From assembly GCA_041594335.1 (NCBI GenBank), contig JBFHML010000003.1:5412-69411 (forward strand): a stretch of 64,000 bases of DNA. Direction: 5' to 3'. Shown piece after piece: positions 10,501-20,716 of this stretch. Numbering within the stretch: position 1 is the first letter of the stretch; each line of letters begins with the position of its first letter. Below the pieces are notes generated by a model that saw only the letters and a program-made list of their open reading frames with translations, was not told where the DNA came from and searched no databases. A program made the translations under genes and the position numbers. Origin of the DNA: Porticoccaceae bacterium. Its GTDB lineage: Bacteria > Pseudomonadota > Gammaproteobacteria > Pseudomonadales > Porticoccaceae.

Positions 10501-10601
10501 TGGAGCGTCGTCACGGAGTTTGTCACGTCATCGCAGGCGAATTGATCGACCACAGTCGCCTATTGGCTACACTGCCGGTCCCCTCTCGGGACTTCCGCTG
10601 A
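7542..10601 (+). CDS. dnaE2: Error-prone DNA polymerase DnaE2 (ImuC)
   Basis: 1019 aa. PHP-domain N-terminus MYAELHAISNFSFLCGAS, Pol III alpha core motifs (GRGSAANS, PDIDVDFE) and a C-terminal OB region. Third gene of the cassette. Confidence 0.95.
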   Translation: MYAELHAISNFSFLCGASHPQELVRRAAELGYAAIALTDECSLAGAVRAHLAAKEYGIQLILGSEFQLREGIHLILLAPNREAYGDLASLISLGRRRSTKGAYDLGLGDLAPYARHCLALWRPGRDGNPTTGARLRGLFEQRLWIGIARHLDGDGDIFTQQCRMATLLGIPPVACGAVTMHCPQRKPLLDALTAIRLHIPIHALGRHLTANAERHLRPLARLHALYPQPLLDETLAIAARCHFSLDELRYEYPDEVVPAGTSAAAHLAALVTEGAARRWPRGVPPAIQTALKRELAVISELGYEHYFLTIHDIVAFARDRGILCQGRGSAANSVVCYCLFITEVSPEQVELLFERFISRERDEPPDIDVDFEHERREEVIQYIYRKYGRERAALTATLITYRHRSAVRDLGKALGLDPLLIERLTQSQMRWDHSDELAQQLRELAGGDDPRLSWLVRLATEIRGFPRHLSQHVGGFVISRGPITQLVPVENAAMAERTVIQWDKEDIEALGLMKVDVLALGMLSAIRKCLATLAELGIPINSIDAIPPGDPATYDMLCRGDSIGVFQVESRAQMSMLPRLQPRCYYDLVIQVAIVRPGPIQGDMVHPFLRRREGSEPVSYPNDAIRAVLERTLGVPIFQEQAIKLAMVAAGFSGGEADRLRRAMASWGQSGNLSSFERKLIEGMTARGYDLDFARRLFEQIKGFGGYGFPESHAASFALLVYVSAWLKCHYPAPFYCALLNSQPMGFYSPSQLIQDASRHHVEVRPVDVIHSHWHHRLEVTTDGKLALRLGLRLVRGLHRAAGERIRHARKRQSFTHLADLARRADLDRGQLAALAAANALQHFSPHRHQAHWDIAGLEPPAPLATEVATIERPIELPRPSSAADLLADYRATGLTLGPHPLALLRQHPLFRRCVRQQALPGHRNGSFVRVAGLVTGRQRPGTASGILFLTLEDETGNLNVIVWRNLQARYRPILGSARLLLVKGILERRHGVCHVIAGELIDHSRLLATLPVPSRDFR

Positions 10602-10721
10602 AATGCGCCCCGATTCGGACAGGCGAGAGAGTCTCCAGCGGTCACCAAAACCCAGCCGCTCTCTTGCGTTACGTCAATAGATTGCAACAAAATGAAGTGT
10701 TTTCTACCCGGGGGTAAATTC

Positions 10722-12608
10722 ATGCAACAATTCGACAAATGCGACACCCTGATCCGCAACGCACTGGTCTTCGATGGCAGCGGGGCAATGCCCAAGATAG
10801 AGGATCTGGCGATTCGCGACGGCAAGGTGCTGGCACGCGGCACCGATCTCCAGGTGCAAGCGCCGGGAGAGGTAATCGACGCCACTGGTAAGTGGTTGCT
10901 GCCAGGACTACTCGATATCCATACCCACCTCGACCTCGAAGTCGAAGTCAACCCGGGCCTCCACGAGGCGGTGCGCCATGGCACCACCACCGTATTGGTG
11001 GGCAACTGCTCCCTCGGCATCGCTTTCGGCAGCCAACGCAGAAACGGTGAAGACCCCATTGTCGACTGCTTTACCCGCGTGGAAAACATGCCCAAAAGGG
11101 TGCTCGACAAATGCATCGAGAAGATCACCTGGGACAACACCGCCGACTACCTGAACCACTTCCACGACCTGCCGCTGGGCCCCAATGTGGCCGCTTTTAT
11201 TCCCCACTCGATGATGCGTATCGAAGTCATGGGGACTCAGGCCTCGGTCACCCGCCCCCCGAGTCAGGCCGAACGGCGCAAGCTCGCGGAAATCATGGAA
11301 GCAGCCATGGAACAGGGCTACATGGGCCTTTCTACCGACCAGATCGTGTTCCACTATCTGGCCAATGATCCCAACAAGCAAACCCGCATCCCCTCGCATT
11401 TTGCCGAAGATGACGAGTTGCGCCCGATCATCGAGATCGTGCGCAGGAACAATGGCGTCTGGCAGACCAACCCCGACGGACAGAAAATGCTGCGCACACT
11501 GAAGCGCTACTTCTGGTCCGCCGGTCGGTTCCGCGGCAAACCTTTGAAGATCTCCGCCCTCACCGCCGTCGATTTCGTTTCCGTACCCGGTGTCTGGCAG
11601 AAAATGCTCAAGCTGGGCAAGGTCATCAACTCGCCCATCTTCAAAGGCAAGATCCACTTCCAGGCGCTGGGCGGCGCATTCCGGATGTGGTCAGACGGGA
11701 TGCTCTCGCCGGTATTCGAGGAACTACCGTCCACCCGGCAGATCGTCGCCTGCGAAGTGGAGGACATCGAGGGTCGCCAAGCCCTCTACAACGATCCTCA
11801 GTGGCTCGAAGACTTCAAGGTCGACTGGGCCAAGATGACCAACACTTCGGCCAACATCGCGCAGATCGGCGGATCCTCAGAAGAGCGAGCGACCTTCCAG
11901 ATGGACTTCGCCAAAATGCATCTCGACGACTGCGCCGTACCGAGCTGGAATGGCGATACCCTAGCTCAAGTGCTGGAGCGCCTCACCCTCTACAAAGAGA
12001 GCGACGGAAAAGCCGGAGCCAAGGACGCCGCAGAAGCGGCCGAATTCGACCGCTTCCCCGACTCGGCCACTCACCCCCGCGAGTTCTGGCTGCAATGTCT
12101 GCGGTTGTACGATCTGGGCTTCCGCTGGTGGTTCGACGTTGCCAATACCAATGAAGATATAGTCGAACAAATTTTGTTCGACAAAAACGCACTGCCCGGC
12201 TTCAACGATTCTGGGGCTCATCTGACCAACCTGTCGTTCTATGATGGCAACCTAGGCACCCTGCGCATCGCGCAGAAGCGCGGCATACCCCGCGTCGCCG
12301 AGGCGGTATATCGACTCACCCGCGAGCCGGCTGAATTTTTCGGCCTCGACGTCGGACGCATCGATCCCGGCTGTCAAGCCGACGTCGTGCTGATCGATCC
12401 GGAGCAACTGCAACAGCACGATATGAACCGCAGTCGGACCAAGATTTTCCATGAAGTCTTTGAACACGACGTACTGGTCAATCGTTCCGATGGCGTGGTC
12501 GACCAGGTCTACATCAACGGCCGGCGGGTGTGGGAGAGCGGCTCCCAATTCACCCCAGTACTCGGCCAGCAAACTCTCGGCAGAGCTCTGCGAGCCAACC
12601 GCCACTGA
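10722..12608 (+). CDS. Amidohydrolase family protein (N-acyl-D-amino-acid deacylase-like)
   Basis: DTLIRNALVFDGSG...IDATGKWLLPGLLDIHTHLD metal-binding motif. ATG 10722 follows a GGGGG ribosome-binding site. Confidence 0.8.
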   Translation: MQQFDKCDTLIRNALVFDGSGAMPKIEDLAIRDGKVLARGTDLQVQAPGEVIDATGKWLLPGLLDIHTHLDLEVEVNPGLHEAVRHGTTTVLVGNCSLGIAFGSQRRNGEDPIVDCFTRVENMPKRVLDKCIEKITWDNTADYLNHFHDLPLGPNVAAFIPHSMMRIEVMGTQASVTRPPSQAERRKLAEIMEAAMEQGYMGLSTDQIVFHYLANDPNKQTRIPSHFAEDDELRPIIEIVRRNNGVWQTNPDGQKMLRTLKRYFWSAGRFRGKPLKISALTAVDFVSVPGVWQKMLKLGKVINSPIFKGKIHFQALGGAFRMWSDGMLSPVFEELPSTRQIVACEVEDIEGRQALYNDPQWLEDFKVDWAKMTNTSANIAQIGGSSEERATFQMDFAKMHLDDCAVPSWNGDTLAQVLERLTLYKESDGKAGAKDAAEAAEFDRFPDSATHPREFWLQCLRLYDLGFRWWFDVANTNEDIVEQILFDKNALPGFNDSGAHLTNLSFYDGNLGTLRIAQKRGIPRVAEAVYRLTREPAEFFGLDVGRIDPGCQADVVLIDPEQLQQHDMNRSRTKIFHEVFEHDVLVNRSDGVVDQVYINGRRVWESGSQFTPVLGQQTLGRALRANRH

Positions 12609-12613
12609 GTAGC

Positions 12614-12648
12614 GGCGCGCCCGGTCGTTGAACGCGACCGGGCGCGCC
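12614..12648 (+). terminator. GC-rich hairpin after the amidohydrolase gene (no U-tract)
   Basis: Perfect 14-bp inverted repeat GGCGCGCCCGGTCG / CGACCGGGCGCGCC with a 7-nt loop, starting 6 nt after the stop codon. Confidence 0.4.
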
Positions 12649-12781
12649 CTCACCGGATCCCCTCTCCGGACCGCAACGGCGCCAATCTACCTACTCCCAC
12701 GCCACACCCCGCTTGACTTGAATCGATGTCCGCTGCGAGGATCATCCTAGGCTAATTTTTCTGTTATGCCGGGAGCGCGCC

Positions 12782-13222
12782 ATGTCGACCACCGTGGGCG
12801 TCATCGTTTGCAACCACAGCCGCGCACGCCTTTTCAAGGCGGATGCTCATTCCTTGACCCAGGAACTGTCGGATCAGGTCAACCCGGCCGCCCGCCTACG
12901 GGACCAAGACCTCGCCACCGACGCGCCCGGAAGATACCGCGGCGGCGGCACCAATGGCCAGCAGCACACCGAAGATCCCCGCACCGCACCGCGAGAAAAG
13001 GCCGCAGAGCACTTTGCCCGCGACATTGCCGCTGCTATCGAACAGGCGATCGCCGAACACAAGCTGCAAAAACTGTATCTGATTGCGGAACCCAACATGC
13101 TCGGCCTGGTGCGCAAAGCACTCCCCGAACACTACCGGCAGTTGGTGGCTAAAGAGATCGCCAAGGATATCGTCGCCAGGCCACCGGCAGAAATTCGAGA
13201 CTTTCTGCCGGTCCCGCTCTAG
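12782..13222 (+). CDS. Host attachment family protein (Host_attach; possibly eRF1-like fold)
   Basis: MSTTVGVIVCNHSRARLFKAD...EKAAEHFARDIAAAIEQA...LYLIAEPNMLGLVRKAL...KEIAKDI matches my memory of Host_attach family proteins. GGGAG ribosome-binding site upstream. Confidence 0.7.
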   Translation: MSTTVGVIVCNHSRARLFKADAHSLTQELSDQVNPAARLRDQDLATDAPGRYRGGGTNGQQHTEDPRTAPREKAAEHFARDIAAAIEQAIAEHKLQKLYLIAEPNMLGLVRKALPEHYRQLVAKEIAKDIVARPPAEIRDFLPVPL

Positions 13223-13251
13223 CTCGTCTCTGGCGAGGAGAGGAAAAAAGA

Positions 13252-13328
13252 TGGTCGGAGCGGCGGGATTTGAACCCACGACCACCACACCCCCAGTGTG
13301 GTGCGCTACCAGGCTGCGCTACGCTCCG
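13252..13328 (-). tRNA. tRNA-Pro (anticodon GGG)
   Basis: 77-nt cloverleaf folded by hand: CGGAGCG acceptor, anticodon loop CTGGGGG, T-loop TTCAAAT, encoded CCA. Confidence 0.9.
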
Positions 13329-13356
13329 AATTTTCCAGTCTACTGGAAAGGCCGCC

Positions 13357-13384
13357 ATCATACTGAAAGCAGCGGCCAAAGCAA
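13357..13384 (-). promoter_or_regulatory. Putative sigma-70 promoter for tRNA-Pro
   Basis: Minus strand reads TTGCTT, 16 nt, TATGAT, then a GC-rich discriminator (GGCGGCC). The -10 element ends about 28 nt before the tRNA 5-prime end. Confidence 0.35.
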
Positions 13385-13389
13385 GAAAA

Positions 13390-13746
13390 TCAATCCTTGA
13401 GGGTGGCCAAAACGTCCTCGAGCTCGCTCACCGTCTGCTCGATGACCTGCCGAGTCTGGGTCGCCTCCTGCTTGACATGCTCTCCCCCTAAGCGCAGGCG
13501 GGCACCGCCGATGGTAAACCCCTGCTCGTAGAGCAACGAGCGAATCTGCCGGATCATCAAGACGTCCTGTCGCTGATAATAACGGCGGTTGCCGCGACGC
13601 TTGACTGGATTGAGCATAGGAAATTCCTGCTCCCAGTAGCGCAACACGTGGGGCTTCACATCACAGAGCTCACTGACCTCACCGATGGTGAAATAACGTT
13701 TGCCGGGAATCGGTGGCAACTGGCTGTTGTTACCGGGCTCCAGCAT
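13390..13746 (-). CDS. MerR family transcriptional regulator
   Basis: Helix-turn-helix [25 protein letters not shown]. Sits in the conserved position after ihfA. Confidence 0.85.
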   Translation of the reverse strand: MLEPGNNSQLPPIPGKRYFTIGEVSELCDVKPHVLRYWEQEFPMLNPVKRRGNRRYYQRQDVLMIRQIRSLLYEQGFTIGGARLRLGGEHVKQEATQTRQVIEQTVSELEDVLATLKD

Positions 13747-14029
13747 GGCTCTCTACCCTGGCTTTAAGTTTCTGTCCTGGCTTGAAGGTCACCACGCGGC
13801 GCGCCGCAATGGGGATCTCCTCGCCTGTCTTGGGATTACGTCCGGGACGCGGATTCTTGTCGCGAAGATCGAAGTTCCCGAAGCTCGACAGCTTCACTGG
13901 ATCGTTGGACTCCAGTGCCCTGCGAATCTCTTCGAAGAAATGCTCGACCAATTCTTTGGCTTCACGCTTGTTCAGGCCGAGCTCCATGTACAGCAGCTCG
14001 GCGATATCGGCTTTGGTCAGCGCAGCCAT
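13730..14029 (-). CDS. ihfA: Integration host factor subunit alpha
   Basis: [11 protein letters not shown]...[25 protein letters not shown] is the classic IHF-alpha sequence. Confidence 0.95.
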   Translation of the reverse strand: MAALTKADIAELLYMELGLNKREAKELVEHFFEEIRRALESNDPVKLSSFGNFDLRDKNPRPGRNPKTGEEIPIAARRVVTFKPGQKLKARVESHAGAR

Positions 14030-16405
14030 TTACCCTCCCCGCAATTTGGCACCGAACTCGGCGACAAGGGACGCGACTACCGCGTCTTCAGCGGCTTGCA
14101 CATCCGAGTCTCTCAGCGTGCGCCTATCGTCCTGAAAGGTCAAGCCGATAGCAACGCTTTTTTTATTGTTTTCAAGGCCTTCGCCTTGATAAACGTCGAA
14201 GATTCTCACCTCCGAGAGGCTCGGCCCCGCAGCCCGACGCACCGCCGTCAGCAGGTCCGCTGCAAGCACCTCGCGGGATACGATGACCGCAATGTCGCGG
14301 CGCACTGCGGGAAAACGACTGGGCACGCAGAAATCGCGAGTTTCAGCTTCCGGCAAGCGATCGATGAAGAGTTCGAACAGAAACAATGCTTGGTCCAACC
14401 CGAGTTCGCGCGCGACCGCGGGGTGGAGAGCACCCGCATAACCTAAGCAGGTTCCGTGCGGACCTGACAGCCGCAAAGATTGACCGGGATGCAATGCCGG
14501 GTGCGCCGCCTGCTCGGCAGTCACTAAAGCTGCGATGCCTAGCGTCTCGAGCAATGCCTCCAGATCACCCTTGATGGCAAAGAAATCGACTCGCTGCCGC
14601 GGATCGGCCCAACTCTCTGGATCACGATCCCCTGTGGCAAGCCCGGCCAGGGTCTGCCGCTGACCAAAGCCAGGCCCTGCATCGAACCGTAGTCCGATCT
14701 CAAACAGCCGCAAGCGGCCGGCTTGCCGGTTCAGATTATGCCGCGCGGCCAGCAACAAACCCGGCCATAGGCTCGGTCGCATTACTGACATCGCGGCACT
14801 AATGGGGTTGGCCACCGGAACCCCACTATCGGCGCCGCTTACGGCGGCGACCATGTCGGCCGGCACAAAGCTATAGGTTATCGCCTCGCGATAACCTCGG
14901 TGTACCAGCGCCGCTCGCAATATGCGCGCCGGGTCGGCTGGTGGAGCACTGAGTTCCGGGGCCAGGGCCGGCATGATCGAAGGGAGTTCGTTGTAGCCAT
15001 AAATTCGGGCAACCTCCTCGATCAAATCGGCCTCAATGCCGAGATCGAAACGCCAGGTGGGCACGCGAAACATCCAGCCTTCGGCTGTTTCCTCCAGTTG
15101 CTCCAACCCCAGGCTCAGCAGAATCTCGCGCGTTCTAGCCGCGGAAATCTCTGTGCCCAGCAAGCTGGCCAACCGGTCGAGCCGAAGCGAGATTTCGGCT
15201 GGAATCGGCAAGGCCTCGCCCGCCTCCACAACCTGTAGCGGCCCAGCCTGCCCCCCGGCGATTTCCAGCAACAGCGCGGTGGCGCGCTCCAAAGCGAGCT
15301 GTGGCAACGCCGGATCGACGCCGCGCTCGAAACGATGCGAAGCATCCGTGTGCAGACCGAATTGTCGGGCCTTGCCCGCGATGGCTAGCGGCGAGAAATG
15401 TGCACTTTCAAGAAACACATCGCGGGTCGACTCGTCGACCCCGCTATCACTCCCGCCCATGATGCCGGCCAGCGCCAATGGGCGCAGATCGTCGGCGATC
15501 ACCCAGGTCTCCTCATCGAGCGCCATCTCCGTGCCGTCGAGCAGTTGCAGCGTCTCGCCGGGCCGCGCCGCGCGCACCTGGATACCACCCTGTATCCGAC
15601 TGAGATCAAAGCCATGCATGGGCTGGCCTAGCTCGAGCATCACATAGTTGGTGATATCCACCACGGGATGGATCGCTCGTACCCCGGCGCGCCGCAATCG
15701 CTCGCGCAACCATTGCGGCGTTCGTGCGGCGGGATCGATACCACGTACTATGCGCCCGGCATACCGCGGACAGGCATCACCCGCTTGGAGCTTGATCGGC
15801 AAGGTATCGCCCACGGTAGCCGCAACCGGTTCGATCGGGAATTCGCGTAACGCGATCCCGGTGACCACCGCGGTTTCTCGCGCCAATCCACGGATACTGA
15901 GGCAATCACCACGATTGGGCGTGAGATCCACTTCGACAATGTCGTCGTCCAGTGCCAGAGCCTGTCGTAGATCCGTACCGCTAGGCAGCGCCGGATCGAG
16001 CTCCATCAGCCCCTCATTGTCGGTGCACAAGCCAAGCTCCGCGGCTGAGCACAGCATGCCGAATGACGCTACCCCGCGCAGCTTGACCGCAGCGATGGTC
16101 ACATCCTCCGGTAGCTGCGCGCCCACCTGTGCAAAAGGCACTTTCAGCCCACGCGCCGCGTTCGGTGCGCCGCAGACTACCTGCTGGATGGCGCCACCGC
16201 CACGCACCTGGCAGATACGCAGCGCGTCAGCATCCGGATGAGACTCGACCGACTCGATTTCACCCACGACCACACCGGTGAACTCACCGGCTGCAGCCTC
16301 AACGCCGTCCACTTCCAAGCCTGCCATCGTCAGGCGCGCGATCAGGTCGGATGTGTCGATCTCGGCATCCAGGTGCTGCAGCAACCAGCGTTTGCTGAAT
16401 TTCAT
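14030..16405 (-). CDS. pheT: Phenylalanine--tRNA ligase beta subunit
   Basis: 791 aa. N-terminus MKFSKRWLLQHLD, tRNA-binding, B3/4, B5 and FDX-ACB regions. Follows pheS. Confidence 0.95.
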   Translation of the reverse strand: MKFSKRWLLQHLDAEIDTSDLIARLTMAGLEVDGVEAAAGEFTGVVVGEIESVESHPDADALRICQVRGGGAIQQVVCGAPNAARGLKVPFAQVGAQLPEDVTIAAVKLRGVASFGMLCSAAELGLCTDNEGLMELDPALPSGTDLRQALALDDDIVEVDLTPNRGDCLSIRGLARETAVVTGIALREFPIEPVAATVGDTLPIKLQAGDACPRYAGRIVRGIDPAARTPQWLRERLRRAGVRAIHPVVDITNYVMLELGQPMHGFDLSRIQGGIQVRAARPGETLQLLDGTEMALDEETWVIADDLRPLALAGIMGGSDSGVDESTRDVFLESAHFSPLAIAGKARQFGLHTDASHRFERGVDPALPQLALERATALLLEIAGGQAGPLQVVEAGEALPIPAEISLRLDRLASLLGTEISAARTREILLSLGLEQLEETAEGWMFRVPTWRFDLGIEADLIEEVARIYGYNELPSIMPALAPELSAPPADPARILRAALVHRGYREAITYSFVPADMVAAVSGADSGVPVANPISAAMSVMRPSLWPGLLLAARHNLNRQAGRLRLFEIGLRFDAGPGFGQRQTLAGLATGDRDPESWADPRQRVDFFAIKGDLEALLETLGIAALVTAEQAAHPALHPGQSLRLSGPHGTCLGYAGALHPAVARELGLDQALFLFELFIDRLPEAETRDFCVPSRFPAVRRDIAVIVSREVLAADLLTAVRRAAGPSLSEVRIFDVYQGEGLENNKKSVAIGLTFQDDRRTLRDSDVQAAEDAVVASLVAEFGAKLRGG

Positions 16406-16418
16406 CGCCTACCCCGGA

Positions 16419-17438
<1,020 letters not shown>

Positions 17439-17473
17439 TCACTTCTCCGCTTGCCGGGTTCCACCTCGTGGGC

Positions 17474-17506
17474 AAAAAAACGGGGAAAGAGCTCGCCCTT
17501 TCCCCG
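17474..17506 (-). terminator. Rho-independent terminator/attenuator between rplT and pheS
   Basis: Minus strand reads CGGGGAAAG-GGCGAGCU-CUUUCCCCG followed by U7. It lies 33 nt after the rplT stop and 41 nt before the pheS ATG. Confidence 0.7.
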
Positions 17507-17539
17507 CCGTCTTTTCGCTCGCCGCAGGGGCGCGCCACC

Positions 17540-17896
17540 TCAGCCCAAAGCGGCTTTGGCCTGCGCGGCAATGCTGGCAAACGCAACCTTGTCATGCACC
17601 GCGAGATCAGCCAACACCCGCCTGTCGAGTTGGATATTCGCGCGCTTCAAGCCCGCGATCAGTTGACTGTACGTGATGCCCTCTGCGCGAGCCTGTGCGT
17701 TGATCCGAGTAATCCATAGAGCTCGGAAAGTACGCTTCTTGACCCGCCGATCACGATAGGCGTATTGCCCCGCTTTAATGACCGCCTGCTTGGCTACACG
17801 GAATACGCGGCTACGCGCGCCGTAGTACCCCTTGGCCTGCCGAAGAATTTTCTTGTGTCGCCGGTGTGCGATAACACCGCGTTTTACTCTTGCCAT
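17540..17896 (-). CDS. rplT: 50S ribosomal protein L20
   Basis: [39 protein letters not shown]. Confidence 0.95.
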   Translation of the reverse strand: MARVKRGVIAHRRHKKILRQAKGYYGARSRVFRVAKQAVIKAGQYAYRDRRVKKRTFRALWITRINAQARAEGITYSQLIAGLKRANIQLDRRVLADLAVHDKVAFASIAAQAKAALG

Positions 17897-17917
17897 GATG
17901 CTCCTCCCGTATCTCGC

Positions 17918-18109
17918 TCAGCGCCGCAGCATGCGATCAACCAGTGGGGTATCGGACGGATTCAAAATCTGCGTCCCCCGCAACTGGCGTTTGCGCTTGG
18001 TCGTCATCTTGGTGAGGATATGGCTCTTGAATGCCCGCTTATGCTTGTAGCCTGCAGCGGTCTTCTTGAACCGCTTCGCGGCTCCGCTGTGTACCTTCAT
18101 CTTTGGCAT
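17918..18109 (-). CDS. rpmI: 50S ribosomal protein L35
   Basis: [34 protein letters not shown]. Confidence 0.95.
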   Translation of the reverse strand: MPKMKVHSGAAKRFKKTAAGYKHKRAFKSHILTKMTTKRKRQLRGTQILNPSDTPLVDRMLRR

Positions 18110-18186
18110 TTGCTACCTCCTGGTAGGGTAGTGATAAAACCGCCGGTCAGCCTGCCAAACGGCTGAACTCGGTCGGCATGTACTGC

Positions 18187-18732
18187 TTACTTTTTCCGGC
18201 TACGTGGAGCGATCACCATGGTCAGCTGACGGCCTTCCATCTTCGGAAATTGCTCTACTGCTCCCAATTCCTCAAGGTCCTGCTCGATACGCTTGAGCAT
18301 CTCGATACCCAACTCCTGATGGGCCATTTCCCGACCCCGGTAGCGCAACGTGACCTTGGCCTTGTCTCCTTGCTCCAGGAAACGCTTCAGGTTACGCAGC
18401 TTGATCTGATAATCCGCCTCGTCAGTACCCGGGCGAAATTTCATCTCCTTGATCTGGGTCTGCTTTTGCTTCTTGCGCTGCGCCGCCTGCTGCTTCTTGG
18501 CCTCGAAGATATGCTTGCCGTAGTCCATCAACTTGCAGACCGGGGGTTCCGCATCTGCAGCGATTTCGACCAAATCTAAGGAGGCCTCCGAAGCGGCCTT
18601 CATGGCCTCCTCGATGGGGACTAGGCCGACCTGCTCCCCGTCGGCGCCAATTAGGCGCACTTCACGCACATCATCGATCTCATCATTCAGCCGGGCTCGC
18701 TTGCCTTGGCCCTTGCCATAACTTTTTTTGAT
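18187..18732 (-). CDS. infC: Translation initiation factor IF-3 (non-AUG, probably AUC, start)
   Basis: The track ORF starts at GTG 18669, but the frame stays open upstream and encodes the conserved basic N-terminus [21 protein letters not shown]. The frame is bounded by the in-frame thrS TAG (18739..18741), and the only near-cognate codon is ATC at 18732..18730. Confidence 0.85.
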   Translation of the reverse strand: MKKSYGKGQGKRARLNDEIDDVREVRLIGADGEQVGLVPIEEAMKAASEASLDLVEIAADAEPPVCKLMDYGKHIFEAKKQQAAQRKKQKQTQIKEMKFRPGTDEADYQIKLRNLKRFLEQGDKAKVTLRYRGREMAHQELGIEMLKRIEQDLEELGAVEQFPKMEGRQLTMVIAPRSRKK

Positions 18733-18738
18733 AACCCG

Positions 18739-20673
18739 CTACTCCGCGCTAGTTGTCTTGGTGACCCTGCCGCGCTCACGCACGCTGTCGCCGAGAAGGG
18801 CGATGAAGCGTTCCAGGCTCATTGCGCCTAGGTCCTCGCCTTCACGGGTGCGAACCGCAACCGATTGGGTTTCCTTCTCCCGATCCCCGACGACCAACAG
18901 ATAGGGAGTCTTGAGCAGGGTGTGCTCGCGAATCTTAAAGCCGATCTTTTCGTTTCTCAAGTCATTTTCGGCCCGGAACCCCTTGTTTTGCAAGGTTTCC
19001 GTAACCACACAGGCATAATCCGCCTGACGGTCGGTGATATTCAGCACCACGGCTTGCACCGGCGCCAGCCACGCGGGGAAAGCACCCTCGTAATGTTCGA
19101 TAAGAATGCCGATGAAACGCTCGAAAGACCCCAACACCGCCCGATGCAGCATAACGGGAACCCGGCGGGTGTCGTCGGCCGCCACATAATGAGCACCGAG
19201 CCGCTCGGGCATCGACAAGTCCACCTGTATGGTGCCCAGCTGCCACACCCGACCGATCACATCTTTGAGCGAAAACTCGATCTTGGGGCCATAAAATGCA
19301 CCCTCCCCCGGCAACAACTCCCACGCCAACCCTTGATGATTCAGCGCATCGGCCAATGCCTGCTCGGCGCGATCCCAGATCTCGTCGGCACCTACACGCT
19401 GCTCGGGCCGCGTAGACAACCGATAGATGATTTCATCGAATCCGAAATCCGCATAGACGCCGTGTAGAAAATCGATAAACCGGGCGACTTCATCCTGAAT
19501 CTGCTCTTCTGTACAGAAGATATGGGCGTCGTCCTGGGTAAACCCGCGTACCCGCATGATCCCGTGCAGGGAGCCCGACGGCTCATTGCGATGACAAGAG
19601 CCAAACTCGGCAAGCCGTAGCGGTAAATCGCGATAACTGCGCAACCCTTGGTTATAGACCTGGACATGACAGGGACAATTCATGGGTTTGATGGCAAAAG
19701 CGCGCTCATCCATCTGCAGTGAAAACATGTCGTCACCGAACTTGTCGGCGTGCCCAGAGCGCTGCCATAGCGTGTAATCCACGAGTTGCGGCGTACGAAT
19801 CTCGCGGTATCCATGCGCCCGCTGTTGATCGCGCATGTAGCGCTCGATTTCGGTATAGATGGTCCAGCCACGAGGGTGCCAGAACACCATACCCGGAGCT
19901 TCCTCCTGAACGTGGAACAAATCCAGGCGACGGCCGAGTTTGCGATGGTCACGCTTCTCGGCCTCGGCGAGGCGATTTAGATAAGCGTCCAACTCCTTGC
20001 GATTCGGCCAGGCGGTGCCGTAGATACGCTGCAACATGGCATTACGGGCATCGCCGCGCCAATAGGCGCCGGCAACCTTAGTGAGCTTGAACGCGGAAAT
20101 CTTTCCGGTACTGGGCACGTGAGGCCCACGACAGAGATCGACGAAATCACCTTGACCATAAAGCGAGATCACCTCGCCCTCGGGGATGGCAGCAATGATC
20201 TCCGCCTTGTACTCCTCCCCCATCTCGCGAAACAGGGCAACGGCCGCGTCGCGCGGCATCTCGCGACGCCGGACTTGCAGGTCGGCACGCGCGATTTCGG
20301 CCATGCGGGCCTCGATGATCGCCAAGTCTTCCGGCGTAAAGGCCCGCTCAAAAGCAAAATCGTAATAGAAGCCGTCCTCGACCACTGGGCCGATGGTCAC
20401 TTGGGCGCTAGGGAAAAGCTCTTTGACCGCTTGCGCCAACAGATGCGCGCAGGAGTGCCGGATGACTTCGACGCCCTCCGGATTTCGGGAAGTCACAATT
20501 TCGAGTGCGGCGTCACGTTCGATGAGATAGCTGGTGTCGACCAACTGACCATTGACCCGCCCAGCTAAAGCGGCCTTCGCCAGCCCGGCGCCTATATCTG
20601 CGGCGACTTCGGCAACAGTGACAGGCGCAGCGAACTCTCGGCTGCTGCCATCGGGCAAGGAAATACACGGCAT
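18739..20673 (-). CDS. thrS: Threonine--tRNA ligase
   Basis: ORF 18739..20739 trimmed to [14 protein letters not shown] (ATG 20673), which has GGAG 8 nt upstream. It aligns end to end with E. coli ThrRS as I recall it. Confidence 0.95.
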   Translation of the reverse strand: MPCISLPDGSSREFAAPVTVAEVAADIGAGLAKAALAGRVNGQLVDTSYLIERDAALEIVTSRNPEGVEVIRHSCAHLLAQAVKELFPSAQVTIGPVVEDGFYYDFAFERAFTPEDLAIIEARMAEIARADLQVRRREMPRDAAVALFREMGEEYKAEIIAAIPEGEVISLYGQGDFVDLCRGPHVPSTGKISAFKLTKVAGAYWRGDARNAMLQRIYGTAWPNRKELDAYLNRLAEAEKRDHRKLGRRLDLFHVQEEAPGMVFWHPRGWTIYTEIERYMRDQQRAHGYREIRTPQLVDYTLWQRSGHADKFGDDMFSLQMDERAFAIKPMNCPCHVQVYNQGLRSYRDLPLRLAEFGSCHRNEPSGSLHGIMRVRGFTQDDAHIFCTEEQIQDEVARFIDFLHGVYADFGFDEIIYRLSTRPEQRVGADEIWDRAEQALADALNHQGLAWELLPGEGAFYGPKIEFSLKDVIGRVWQLGTIQVDLSMPERLGAHYVAADDTRRVPVMLHRAVLGSFERFIGILIEHYEGAFPAWLAPVQAVVLNITDRQADYACVVTETLQNKGFRAENDLRNEKIGFKIREHTLLKTPYLLVVGDREKETQSVAVRTREGEDLGAMSLERFIALLGDSVRERGRVTKTTSAE

Positions 20674-20695
20674 AGGTGTGCTCCGGCGGTCAGTG

Positions 20696-20716
20696 GTGGC
20701 CCCTACCAAAGGCCAC
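20696..20716 (-). promoter_or_regulatory. Putative thrS translational operator (tRNA-Thr anticodon-arm mimic)
   Basis: Minus strand reads GUGGCCU-UUGGUAG-GGGCCAC: a 7-bp stem (the last pair U-G) and a 7-nt loop with U33-like U, GGU (a Thr anticodon) and an A37-like A. It ends 22 nt upstream of the thrS AUG, just 5-prime of the SD. Confidence 0.4.

Noticed and set aside
5129-13251. Possible genomic island integrated at the 3-prime end of tRNA-Pro, carrying imuABC, the amidohydrolase and the Host_attach gene.
   Set aside because: The segment has no integrase, transposase or phage gene. I could not spot a direct repeat of the tRNA 3-prime end by eye. Composition looks the same as the flanking core genes. 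A formal repeat search and comparative synteny would be needed to revive the idea.
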